A DNA stretch of 64,000 nucleotides from an uncultured bacterium (GTDB lineage: Bacteria > Krumholzibacteriota > Krumholzibacteriia > JACNKJ01). The notes beneath the pieces are model-generated. The model had not been told where the DNA came from and did no database searches. It saw only the letters and a list, made by a program, of their open reading frames with translations. The position numbers were made by a program, and so were the translations under genes. The DNA lies in the NCBI GenBank assembly GCA_963695095.1, contig CAVOFT010000001.1, forward strand, positions 1,664,001 to 1,728,000, read 5' to 3'. Shown piece after piece: positions 54,318 through 63,477 of this stretch (positions are counted from its first letter, which is position 1; every line of letters begins with the position of its first letter).

Positions 54318-55673
54318 ATGCGCAAGAGCATCACGCTGCTGGTGGCTCTGTTCGTTTGCGGCGGCGCCCTGCCCGCCCAGGCCACGATCGACTTCACCTG
54401 GGACACGCCGACGCGCGTGATGCTCGGCGGGGAGTTGGCCTACCTGGAGTTCCACGGCCTCGTCACGAACACCGGTGACGAGCGGGACAGCTACGCGATC
54501 CACAAGGAGACGCTTATTCCTGGCGACTTGGTCTGGGCCGCGTCGATCTGCGTGGGCGACAACTGCTACGCACCCTTCGTCGACGACGTGATCACGGATT
54601 CCGTGGATCCGGGCAACAGCGTCGACATCCGCATCGACTTCACGGTGGGCATGGAGGTGGGCAGCGGCTACGGCAAGCTGCGCGTGAGCAGCACGGCTGA
54701 TCCCGGCCAGAGCTACGAGCGCGGCTTCGTCGCCATTCACACGGGCTGCGACCTGCTCGTCGTCGACGACACCGACGACCCCTTCATGGCCTTCGGGCAC
54801 TTCGACACCGTGGCCGGCGGCCTGGCGGCCCAGGCGGTCGGCCACTGGCCGCGCGCGCTGCAGTTGCCGACCCTGGCCGATCTGCAGACCTTCCCGCTCA
54901 GCTTCTGGTTGACCGGCGAGAGCCAGTCCACCCTGGATGCCGACGACCGCGCCCTGCTCGGCAGCTATCTCGGCGGCGGCGGATCGCTGCTGGCCTCGGG
55001 CGACGAAATCGCCTGGGATCTCTGCTCGCCGGCGAGTCCCAACCACACGGCCCAGACCGAGCAGTGGGTGGAGAGCTTCTTCGACATCACCTATCAGCTG
55101 GACTTCGGCGGCACCCAGGTCGAGGGCCTGCCCGGCAGCGACGTCGGCCACGGCCTGAGCTTCGCGCTCACGGATCCCAGCGCGGATCCCGATGTCATCG
55201 CCTTGGCCCGCGCTGGCGCCGCGCAGTTCGCCTACGGCGGCGGCGGCGTCGCCGGTGCCCTCAGCAGCTCGGGCAAGCGAATCCTCTTTCTGGGCTTCGA
55301 TCTGGCCGACGTGGCGCCGGGCTCCCTGGCGCCCCTGCTCGCCAATGCCCTGATCGCCCTCGCCGCGCCTTCGGCCGGCGAGCCCACTGCCCTGCCCGCT
55401 CGGCTCGCCCTGCTGCCCAACCAGCCCAATCCCTTCAATCCGAAGACGACGCTGCGCTTCCAGGCCCCGGCCGGCGGCCTGGCTCGCCTCGAGGTGCTGG
55501 ACCTGCGCGGCCGCGTCGTGAGCAGCCTCGGCGTGGAACTGACGGCGGGCGAGAATGCGCTCTCCTTCACGGCCGTGGATGCGGCGGGCCGCGCGCTCGC
55601 CAGCGGAACCTATTTCTATCGCGTGGCGCTGAACGGGGAGACCGTCAGCGGCAAGATGACCCTGCTCAAGTAG
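54318..55673 (+). CDS. Secreted protein with FlgD-Ig C-terminal domain
   Basis: Signal peptide, WAASICVGDNCY, LLVVDD...WLTGE...YLGGGGSLLASG domain, PNPFNPKTT...KMTLLK. Confidence 0.8.
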   Translation: MRKSITLLVALFVCGGALPAQATIDFTWDTPTRVMLGGELAYLEFHGLVTNTGDERDSYAIHKETLIPGDLVWAASICVGDNCYAPFVDDVITDSVDPGNSVDIRIDFTVGMEVGSGYGKLRVSSTADPGQSYERGFVAIHTGCDLLVVDDTDDPFMAFGHFDTVAGGLAAQAVGHWPRALQLPTLADLQTFPLSFWLTGESQSTLDADDRALLGSYLGGGGSLLASGDEIAWDLCSPASPNHTAQTEQWVESFFDITYQLDFGGTQVEGLPGSDVGHGLSFALTDPSADPDVIALARAGAAQFAYGGGGVAGALSSSGKRILFLGFDLADVAPGSLAPLLANALIALAAPSAGEPTALPARLALLPNQPNPFNPKTTLRFQAPAGGLARLEVLDLRGRVVSSLGVELTAGENALSFTAVDAAGRALASGTYFYRVALNGETVSGKMTLLK

Positions 55674-55695
55674 GGAAGCCAGGAAAGGACGCCGG

Positions 55696-56217
55696 ATGCG
55701 ACGCCTCGTCTTCGCTGCGCTCTGCCTGATGATGGCAGTCGGCGCGAACGCCGCCGAGAAGCAGGTGCCCAGCTTCACGCTGAGCGACCTGGACGGCAAG
55801 CCGCACAGCTCTGAGACCCTGATCGGCGGCGGCCCCGTGCTGCTGAACTTCTGGGCGACCTGGTGCAAGCCCTGCCTGGCCGAGCAGCCCAAGCTCAAGG
55901 CCTTCCACGCCGAGTGGGCGGCCAAGGGCCTGCGCGTGCTGTCGATCAGCGTCGACGATCCGCGCACCGCCAAGCAGGTCAAGCCCTTCGTGCATCGGCA
56001 CGGCATCGAATTCCCCGTCTACCTCGACAGCAATCAGGACGCCTATCGCAAGCTGGGCGGCCGGGCGGTGCCCTTCAACGTGCTGGTCGGCTCCGGCGGC
56101 GAGCTGCTGTCGGTGACCATGGGCTACAAGGAGCAGGACGCCGAGACCTGGGGCTCCCTCATCGAAGCGGATCTTGCGGCGCGGGCTGCCGAAGGGGAGG
56201 CGAAGCAGGGTGATTAG
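55696..56217 (+). CDS. TlpA-family thiol-disulfide oxidoreductase
   Basis: Signal peptide, FTLSDLDG, LNFWATWCKPC, cis-Pro AVP. Confidence 0.92.
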   Translation: MRRLVFAALCLMMAVGANAAEKQVPSFTLSDLDGKPHSSETLIGGGPVLLNFWATWCKPCLAEQPKLKAFHAEWAAKGLRVLSISVDDPRTAKQVKPFVHRHGIEFPVYLDSNQDAYRKLGGRAVPFNVLVGSGGELLSVTMGYKEQDAETWGSLIEADLAARAAEGEAKQGD

Positions 56218-57715
56218 GCGGGGAGCGGCCCTCGCGGCCGTCGTCCTTCTCGGTCTCGCGGGCGCGAGCCCCGTGGCCGCGGAGGGCATCACGGTGCAGG
56301 CCAACAACGACCTGCAGGCTAGCCACGACGTCGAGACCGAGCGGGACATCGTCGAGGACTGGCTGGACCTGGACCTCTACGGCGAGAACTTCCAGCTCGG
56401 CCTGCGCTACTCGAGTTTCGCGCCGCCCGATCCCATCGTCTCCACGGACCTGAGGAGCAGCGAGGGCATCACGCATCGCTTCGCCGAACTGCAGCTCCAG
56501 GCGACGCGCCTGCGCGTGGGCACCTTCACCAAGCTCTTCGGCCGCGGCCTCATCTTCCGCAGCTACGAAAACCGCGACTTGCGCGTGGACACCAACCTCG
56601 ACGGCGTGCTGCTCGAGCGCGAGGGCGGCTGGTGGCGGGGGGCCCTGCTCTCCGGCCGCACGGAAACCGGGCAGATGGAGACGGGCGAGCGGAGTCGCGC
56701 CGACCGCTTCAGCGGCGCCGACCTGGAGGCCGCGCGCGGCCCCCTCACCCTGGGCGGTTCCTTCCTGACCTTCGAGCGGCCGGACTCGCCCGCGCGTCCG
56801 CAGCTGCAGGCCCTGCGCGCCAGCTTCACGCAGGGGCCCTTCGCGCTGGACTGGGAGGGCGCCCGCCATCTGCCCGACGAGGCGGCGAACGATGACCAGC
56901 GCGGCGCGGGGCACATCGTGGAGGGCTCCTACCTGGTGGGTCCGCTGGGCATCTATGCCGGCTACAAGCGCTACCGCGACCTGGCCGTGCTCACCCAGGA
57001 CCAGAAGCTGATGAACCAGCCGCCCCTGCTCATCCACGATCCGCGCGCCACCCTGATCTCCCGCCATCCCCACCAGCTCGACCCCGATGACGAGAAGGGT
57101 CTGGTGGCGGACATCTCCCTCGGCACGGAACTGGGCGAGTTCCTGGTGTCCTACGCCGAGACGCAGCATATCGACGAGCGCTTCGGCCAGAACAGCTTCC
57201 AGGAGTCCTTCCTCGAGTGGGATCGCATCGGGCTCGGCCCCTTCGAGTCCGCGCACTTCATTCTCGATTTCCAGAAGGTGCCCTACTTCGATGCCAGCGA
57301 CATCGCGCGCCCGGAGTGGGTCTGGGACTACTACATGACGACGGTGCTGGACCTGCGCGTGCCGGTGCCACAGGGCACCGTCGTCGGCGTCTGGGAGCAT
57401 CAGCACAAGCGCGCCGAGCACAGCGGCGAGTTCGACGACGAGCTCTTCGTGCTCGAGTACGAGCACGCCAGCGGTTGGAGCCTCGGCCTGCTCGGCGAAT
57501 TCCTGAACTGGACCCGCGAGCAGCAGCTCATCGAGCAGCAGGTGGCGGAGCGCTCGCGCTGGAGCGGGGTCCAGGTGGCGGCGCCGCTGGGCGAACGCCA
57601 CAATCTGCGCCTCTATGCGGGTGGACGCCGCGCGGGCTACATCTGCGTCGGCGGTGTCTGTCGCTACGAGCCCGCCTTCGACGGCCTCGAGCTCTCGCTC
57701 ACGAGCCGCTTCTAG
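56210..57715 (+). CDS. Outer-membrane beta-barrel, DUF6029-like
   Basis: Signal peptide, FGRGLIFRSYENRDLRVDTNLDG, amphipathic strands, C-terminal GYICVGGVCRYEPAFDG...RF. Confidence 0.7.
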   Translation: MIRRGAALAAVVLLGLAGASPVAAEGITVQANNDLQASHDVETERDIVEDWLDLDLYGENFQLGLRYSSFAPPDPIVSTDLRSSEGITHRFAELQLQATRLRVGTFTKLFGRGLIFRSYENRDLRVDTNLDGVLLEREGGWWRGALLSGRTETGQMETGERSRADRFSGADLEAARGPLTLGGSFLTFERPDSPARPQLQALRASFTQGPFALDWEGARHLPDEAANDDQRGAGHIVEGSYLVGPLGIYAGYKRYRDLAVLTQDQKLMNQPPLLIHDPRATLISRHPHQLDPDDEKGLVADISLGTELGEFLVSYAETQHIDERFGQNSFQESFLEWDRIGLGPFESAHFILDFQKVPYFDASDIARPEWVWDYYMTTVLDLRVPVPQGTVVGVWEHQHKRAEHSGEFDDELFVLEYEHASGWSLGLLGEFLNWTREQQLIEQQVAERSRWSGVQVAAPLGERHNLRLYAGGRRAGYICVGGVCRYEPAFDGLELSLTSRF

Positions 57716-58944
57716 CGCGGCTGGCTTCTTGCCGCTGCGATCGCCGCGAGGCGCGCCTGGTTCTCCGGGCTCTGCGCCTCGCGATCGTACTTCCCCTCCA
57801 GCGCGACACCGATGCCCAGGGCAGCCACGGCGTAGGCGGCGGCAAGGGCGCCCGCCGTCCAGCGTCGCCAGCCGGGGCGGGCCGCTGCCAGCAAGGCGGC
57901 GGCGAGCGCCGCCAGGGGCAGCGCCGCCCCATGCAGGTAGCGCAGCTCGAGCCAACCTCTCGGCACGGGTATCAAAGCGTAGGGCAGCAGCGCCACCAGC
58001 GCCCAGGCCGCGAGGAAGCGCTGGCCGGCGGGTGCCCGCCGCGTGAAGAGCCGCGCCAAGCAGCCCGCCGCCACCAGCGCGCCGAGAGTGAGCTGCGCGA
58101 AGGCCAGCAGCCGGGCGCCGCTCGATGCGAGCGCCGGGTCGAGGCCGGCCACTTGCAGGGGCAGCAGGGCCAGGCCGAGGTAGCGCAGGTAGCGGGGCAG
58201 GAGCGGGGTCAGGCCACCGCCCGCCACGCTGGTCTGGGCGGTGTCCACCCCGGCCGCGCCCGTCGCCCAGAACCAGAGCGCGAGGGCGGGCAAGAAGAGG
58301 AAAGCGCCCAGGGCCCAGTCCGCGCGCCGCGCGGGGCGCCCCGCCAGCAGGCGGCGCAGGAGGACCAGCGGGCCGATCAACAGCCCCGACTCGTGGAGGA
58401 AGGGCGCCGCGAGGGCGATGGCGACGAGGAGGGCGGTCCGCGATCGCTGGCGCCGCCAGCGCGCCGGCTCCGCGGGGCGCTCGGCGAGGAGCAGCGCGAC
58501 GAGGAGCAGGACGAAGCCCAGCAGTCCGCCACTGGTGCAGGCCCAGGTCACCTGCTTGCCGAAGTGGAAGACGCCGGCGAAGAAGGCGAGGGCGGCGGCG
58601 CGGGCGGCGAGGGGGCCAAGCCCCAGGCGGCCGAGGAGCAAGAGGCCGAGGCCGGCCGCGGCCGCCTGCAGCAGCACGTTGAAGCCGAGGTAGAGCCCGC
58701 TCGCCAGGCCGAAGAGCCGATGCTCGAGCGCGAAGAGCGCGAGGGCCAGCGGCCGGTAGAAGGCGATGTCGGCCTGCGGCGCGAAGAGCGCGAGCGGCGT
58801 CGGGGCAGCGGCGACCGCGCTGAGAAAGGGAAAGTCGTCAGCACGAAAGCCGTTGTCGAAGCTGCGCGCATAGACGGCCAGCGCGAGCAGCGACGCGAGA
58901 CCGAGCATCAGCCCGACTCGCCGGCGCGGATTCAGCGCTCCCAC
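57712..58944 (-). CDS. Polytopic membrane protein, GT-C glycosyltransferase-like
   Basis: TM1 followed by F.ADDF, then FYRPL, HES and ELRYLH motifs; about ten TM segments. Confidence 0.6.
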   Translation of the reverse strand: MGALNPRRRVGLMLGLASLLALAVYARSFDNGFRADDFPFLSAVAAAPTPLALFAPQADIAFYRPLALALFALEHRLFGLASGLYLGFNVLLQAAAAGLGLLLLGRLGLGPLAARAAALAFFAGVFHFGKQVTWACTSGGLLGFVLLLVALLLAERPAEPARWRRQRSRTALLVAIALAAPFLHESGLLIGPLVLLRRLLAGRPARRADWALGAFLFLPALALWFWATGAAGVDTAQTSVAGGGLTPLLPRYLRYLGLALLPLQVAGLDPALASSGARLLAFAQLTLGALVAAGCLARLFTRRAPAGQRFLAAWALVALLPYALIPVPRGWLELRYLHGAALPLAALAAALLAAARPGWRRWTAGALAAAYAVAALGIGVALEGKYDREAQSPENQARLAAIAAARSQPR

Positions 58945-58994
58945 TCAGCCACCTTTCGGCGCGCCGCCGCTCGAGGGGCGCGCCCCTGCGCGCC

Positions 58995-61961
58995 CTAGCG
59001 CAGGAGCGTCAGCTTCGGTCCGGCCAGGCGCTGGCCGTCCGCACTCAGCCGCGTGAAGTAGAGGCCGGCGGCCAGCGGGCGACCCGCGTCGTCGCGGCCA
59101 TCCCAGACGAGGGCCAGTTCGCCGGCCGGCTGGCCGCTGCGGGCGATGCTGCGCACGCGGCGTCCGCTGGCGGCGAAGATGTCCAGGCGCAGTTCGCGGG
59201 CGCCGGCGGCGAGCGCGAAGCGCAGGGTCGTCGCCGCACGCACAGGGTTGGGCCAGGCGGCGCCGGCGCTGACCAGCGGCGGCTGCTCGGGCGCCGCCGT
59301 GAGGTCCTCGAGGAAGTGCGAGACCCAGGTGCTCCAGGCGCTGGCGCCGAGGGCGTACTCGTGGATCATCCAGAACTCGACGCCGCCCGGATCGACGGCC
59401 ACCGCGCTGTAGTCGCCCCAGCGATTCTGCGTGTAGGCGGCCAGGCTGTCCTTGAGGCGCACGGGCGCCTGCATGGTGCCCGCCGGATCGCCGGCGGCGC
59501 GGTAGGCGCGCTGCATCGAGTAGTACTCGCTGGTCGAGGAATAGGCGAAGCACATGGCGGCGTCGCCCAGGGCGTTCACGCTGATCGAGTTGAAGGTGGC
59601 ATAGCCGGTGCCGCCCGGCAGCACGTCGCCCGTCTGCACGAGCGTGGGCGGGTTGCCGCTGGCGGGCCAGCCGTTCATCGCGAACTGGTACCAGCGCGCC
59701 ACGCTGGTGGTGCGCGCCGAGGTCGGCGCCGCGTGGTGGCAGGCCCAGAGGTAGCCGTCCCGGTAGACGCAGCTCCAGAAGCGGGCCTCGAAGGTGATCA
59801 CCTGCGTCGAGGTGCCCAGGCTGCGCGCGCTGGGCGGCGTCCACCAGGTGGGCACGGTGAGCGCGGTGGAGACCAGATTGGGCGCGCCGAGCGGGTTCTG
59901 CACCGCCCAGAAGGTGATCGTGCTGGCGCTCAGGCTCTCGTTGGCGTGGAGCATGTACATCGCCGGCGCGTCGGTGACCTGGACCGGCAGGCCCATCGAC
60001 TGGGTGCCCGTGTGCAGCACGCTGGTGGTCGCCGCCGCGCCGCCGCCGAGCACGCTGGCCTTGTCCAGGATGTAGACCAGGTAGGTGTCGGGCGAGAAGA
60101 AGTCCGCCGTGAGGTAGACGGCCTGCTCGTCGACGGCCATGTTCGGCGAGTCGATGTCGTTCCCGGCCAGGCTGGTCACGTTGAAGCGGTACTTGTGCCA
60201 GCTGCCGGTGGGGTCGCCGGTGGCCGATACGGCGAAGAGGAAGTAGGACTGTCCGCTCGTGCGCTCGCAGGCCATGGCCATGAAACGCGCGGCCAGCGGG
60301 TCGAAGATCACTTCCGGATCGAAGACGAAGCCGCCGGCTCCCAGCGCGCCCCAGAAGCCGCCCGCGCCCTCGATGGGCTCCTGCCAGAGCGGCGTGCCGT
60401 CCTTGAGGAAGGCGGCCAGCGCGCCGTTCACCGTGGCCACCACGTGGTTCGCGCCGACGGCCATGTGCGGATCGGGCGGGGTCCAGCCCGTGTTGGCGAT
60501 CGCCTGCCAGCCGGCATCGCGGCCGCCGCCGCCGGGCCAGGCCGTCTCGGCGTCGAGAGCGCCGGCCTGGAAATCGGGATCGAAGACCGGCGGCTGATGG
60601 GGGAGCGCGGCCCCGGATGCGAAGCTCGTGGCGCCGGCGAGGCCCGCGGCGGGCGCGAGGCGCTCGGCGAGGCCGGCCAGCGCGAGGCGCCCGGTCAGGG
60701 CCAGGCGGGCCAGCGGGTTCGCGGGCACAGGCAGCAGCAAGGTGAGGTTGGCGGCACTCGTGTCGCCCTGGCCCGCATCGCCCGCCCAGGCGACGGCCAG
60801 CCGGCCGTCCTCGCCCAGGACGAGGCGCTCGACGCCCGTAGCCGCGGCCATCGCCTGCCAGCCGGCAGCGAGGGCATTGACCCGGAAGGCGGGACCCCGC
60901 GCCGCACCGTCCGCGCCATAGCGGCGCGCGTAGACGTCGGCCTCGCGGCCGTCGGCGCTGAGCTGATTCCAGGCGACCGCGAGCTCGCCCGCCGCATTGC
61001 TCGCCAGGGCGACGCCACTCTGCCAGCCGCCCTGCTCGGCGCCGGGCGCCAGCGCGGCCAGCGCAAGCGAGCCCGCGGCCACGCGGCCCAGGCGCACGCG
61101 CCAGTCGATACCCTCGCGCGCCATCCAGGCCAGGGCCAGCTCACCGCCGGCGAGCGCGGCCAGGCTCGGCTCGATGCCGCCGGCGGCGAGGAGCCGCTCG
61201 TCGCCCAGCGGGCGCCCCGCGGCGTCGAAGCAGCGCAGCAACACGCCGCCGGCCTCGGGCAGGCCCGGCACCTGGCGCTGCCAGGCGACGGCGAAGCCAC
61301 CGCCAGGGAGGGCGGCAAGACTCGGCAGGCGATCCAGGGCGCCCGCGCCGTCGCTGAGGGCCAGCTCGCCGCCGAGCGGGGTGCCCGCGGCGTCGACAAG
61401 GCGGCCACGGAGACGGCTGGTCCCGGGCTCCGCGCCGGGGCTCGCCCACACCGCCAAGCGCCGGCCCTCGGCGCCGGACAGGGCCAGCACGGCCGGCGTC
61501 TCCTGGGAACCAGCGATTGTGGTATTCAGTAGCAGCTCGTCGCCGCCTTCCCGTCGACTGAGAATCCCCTGCGCAGAACCATCGAGGCCCCAGGCCTCCC
61601 AGACCATCCAAGCGCCACCGGGCCCGGAGGCCACCGCCGGATGCTGATGATGCGTGCCGCGGCCGAGGTTCACGGCCAGCTCGCCGCCCCGGGGGCTGCC
61701 CCAGGCGTCCAGCCGCCGCGCGTACACGCCATAGCGGCCTTCCTGCTGGCGGCGGCTCTCCCAGACCGCGAGCAGACCGCCGTCGGGCTCCAGGGTCAGG
61801 GCCACCTGCTCTTGCCCACTGCCGCGGAAGTCGTTCAGGCGCAGTTCGCGGCGCAGGTAGTGATCGGCGCCGGCGCTGAGGCCATCGGCGGCCAGCGCCA
61901 GCGAGGGCGCGAGGAGGGCAATGGCAAGCAATCCGCAACGGCGGGCGAGGCGCGGCAACAT
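58995..61961 (-). CDS. Large secreted repeat protein with RWGDY-type domain and FlgD-Ig C-terminal domain
   Basis: ATG after GGAGG, signal peptide, ELxVN...PxVA...VxW repeats, PPDPHMAVG/DPEVIFD/RWGDYS, WPNP...KLTLLR. Confidence 0.8.
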   Translation of the reverse strand: MLPRLARRCGLLAIALLAPSLALAADGLSAGADHYLRRELRLNDFRGSGQEQVALTLEPDGGLLAVWESRRQQEGRYGVYARRLDAWGSPRGGELAVNLGRGTHHQHPAVASGPGGAWMVWEAWGLDGSAQGILSRREGGDELLLNTTIAGSQETPAVLALSGAEGRRLAVWASPGAEPGTSRLRGRLVDAAGTPLGGELALSDGAGALDRLPSLAALPGGGFAVAWQRQVPGLPEAGGVLLRCFDAAGRPLGDERLLAAGGIEPSLAALAGGELALAWMAREGIDWRVRLGRVAAGSLALAALAPGAEQGGWQSGVALASNAAGELAVAWNQLSADGREADVYARRYGADGAARGPAFRVNALAAGWQAMAAATGVERLVLGEDGRLAVAWAGDAGQGDTSAANLTLLLPVPANPLARLALTGRLALAGLAERLAPAAGLAGATSFASGAALPHQPPVFDPDFQAGALDAETAWPGGGGRDAGWQAIANTGWTPPDPHMAVGANHVVATVNGALAAFLKDGTPLWQEPIEGAGGFWGALGAGGFVFDPEVIFDPLAARFMAMACERTSGQSYFLFAVSATGDPTGSWHKYRFNVTSLAGNDIDSPNMAVDEQAVYLTADFFSPDTYLVYILDKASVLGGGAAATTSVLHTGTQSMGLPVQVTDAPAMYMLHANESLSASTITFWAVQNPLGAPNLVSTALTVPTWWTPPSARSLGTSTQVITFEARFWSCVYRDGYLWACHHAAPTSARTTSVARWYQFAMNGWPASGNPPTLVQTGDVLPGGTGYATFNSISVNALGDAAMCFAYSSTSEYYSMQRAYRAAGDPAGTMQAPVRLKDSLAAYTQNRWGDYSAVAVDPGGVEFWMIHEYALGASAWSTWVSHFLEDLTAAPEQPPLVSAGAAWPNPVRAATTLRFALAAGARELRLDIFAASGRRVRSIARSGQPAGELALVWDGRDDAGRPLAAGLYFTRLSADGQRLAGPKLTLLR

Positions 61962-62013
61962 GGGGACCTCCGGGGAGCGACTGAGGGATGGCGAGAGGAG
62001 CGCACGAAGCTCC

Positions 62014-62042
62014 ATTATATCGCGGCGCGCCCGCTTTCCCAA
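62014..62042 (-). promoter_or_regulatory. Putative sigma70 promoter
   Basis: TTGGGA-17 bp-TATAAT on the minus strand; a divergent TTGACG -35 box lies at 62059-62064. Confidence 0.5.
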
Positions 62043-62142
62043 GCCCTTTGCGCTCGGCTTGACGCGCTTGCAACCCTGTGTTAACAATGCCCCGCCGGCC
62101 TTCCGGCCGCCTGTAGCCGGGCCCTTCCCACCCACAGAAGGA

Positions 62143-63477
62143 ATGCTGAACTCCTTGACCGCCTCCCGCCACCATGGCCGGCCACTGCCGATCCTCCTCC
62201 TCGTCGGCCTCGCCGTCAGTCTGGGCTGTCTGGAGCCTGGCGACACGCCCCTGGGTCCCGACAACGGCATGGCGCCCATCCCCGCCGAGGCCCGGGTCTT
62301 CGAGCTCGCCGGCGAGGCCCTCGGCCTGCGGGTGACGCGGCTGGAGGAGAGCCGGCCGCTCTTTGCCACGCAGGTCATCTACTGCGGCTTCGATTCCACC
62401 AGCGGCTTCCGTTCCGAGCCCGTCTTTCGCTTCGATTGCAGCAGGCTCGATCCCTACATCTCCGGAATCGCGCGCGCGCAGCTGCTGCCCACCTTTCCCA
62501 GCCCGAATGCGGCCAAACCCTGGCTGGGCGACAACCCCGACCTGGGCCGCGCGGTCAGCGTTCGCGTCTGGCGACTGCCCGACCTGGACTTCGAGAGCGA
62601 AGTGCTCACGGGGGTAAGCGCCGTGTCCGGCGCCTGGCCGCTCAGCGCCGATGCCGTGCAGCTGGAGGTCAGCGGCACGCTTCCCCTGCCCCCCGACAGC
62701 GTGGATGCCTGGATCGCCGAAGGCGCCGTGGTGAACCTGGCCCTCGGCTACGAGGACGCGCTGAGCGAGACGGGTCTCCTGCGTCTATTCAGCACCCGCT
62801 CGGACTCGACGCCGACGGTGCTGCAGATCGAGGCCGTGTCGAGCGTGGAGGCCACCCAGTCCATCAAGCCCACGCTCGACGGCCAGCTCGCCGACAAGCT
62901 CGACAGCGGCGTCGAGTTCGCCGATCGCCTGCTGCTCGCCACGGGTATCACGCGGGACGCGCATCTGATCTTCGAGCTGCCGGATTCCCTGCGCGATCCG
63001 ACGATCATCCTCGTGCGGGCCATCCTGGAACTCTGGCCGGACAGCAGCGGCCTGGTCGGCATGAGCCCGCTCGATCGCCGGGACAACGAACTCGGCGGGG
63101 TCTACTTCAACGAGGGTGGGCTCACCGTCGCCCTCCAGGCCGTCGACGACAGCCTGCCCGGCTCGCCCGGCATCGAGGAGGGCCTCTTGCTCGAGTCGCG
63201 CCTGCCCGTCTTCGAGTACTTCCTCAGTTACGGAGACGACGCGGAGCACACTCAGCTCACGGAGACCCAGCTGACGATGCCGCTGCGGCTGCCGCTCACG
63301 AAGTGGCTGCAGGCCTGGATGAACGGCAGCGATGAGAACGTCGGCATCACCTTGCGCCTGAGCGGCGCCGAAGAGCGCCTGCGCCAGGTCGCCTACCACC
63401 TGAATGCCAGCGCCCCCCTGGACGGGCTGAAGCCCCGCCTGGAGCTCATCTACCTGAAGAGGCCCGACTTTGACTAG
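62143..63477 (+). CDS. Hypothetical lipoprotein
   Basis: Lipobox VSLG-C; two similar beta-rich halves; ends KPRLELIY. Confidence 0.7.
   Translation: MLNSLTASRHHGRPLPILLLVGLAVSLGCLEPGDTPLGPDNGMAPIPAEARVFELAGEALGLRVTRLEESRPLFATQVIYCGFDSTSGFRSEPVFRFDCSRLDPYISGIARAQLLPTFPSPNAAKPWLGDNPDLGRAVSVRVWRLPDLDFESEVLTGVSAVSGAWPLSADAVQLEVSGTLPLPPDSVDAWIAEGAVVNLALGYEDALSETGLLRLFSTRSDSTPTVLQIEAVSSVEATQSIKPTLDGQLADKLDSGVEFADRLLLATGITRDAHLIFELPDSLRDPTIILVRAILELWPDSSGLVGMSPLDRRDNELGGVYFNEGGLTVALQAVDDSLPGSPGIEEGLLLESRLPVFEYFLSYGDDAEHTQLTETQLTMPLRLPLTKWLQAWMNGSDENVGITLRLSGAEERLRQVAYHLNASAPLDGLKPRLELIYLKRPDFD

Noticed and set aside
53278..57715. Selenocysteine recoding in the redox operon
   Set aside because: All redox motifs use Cys codons; no in-frame TGA at a motif position
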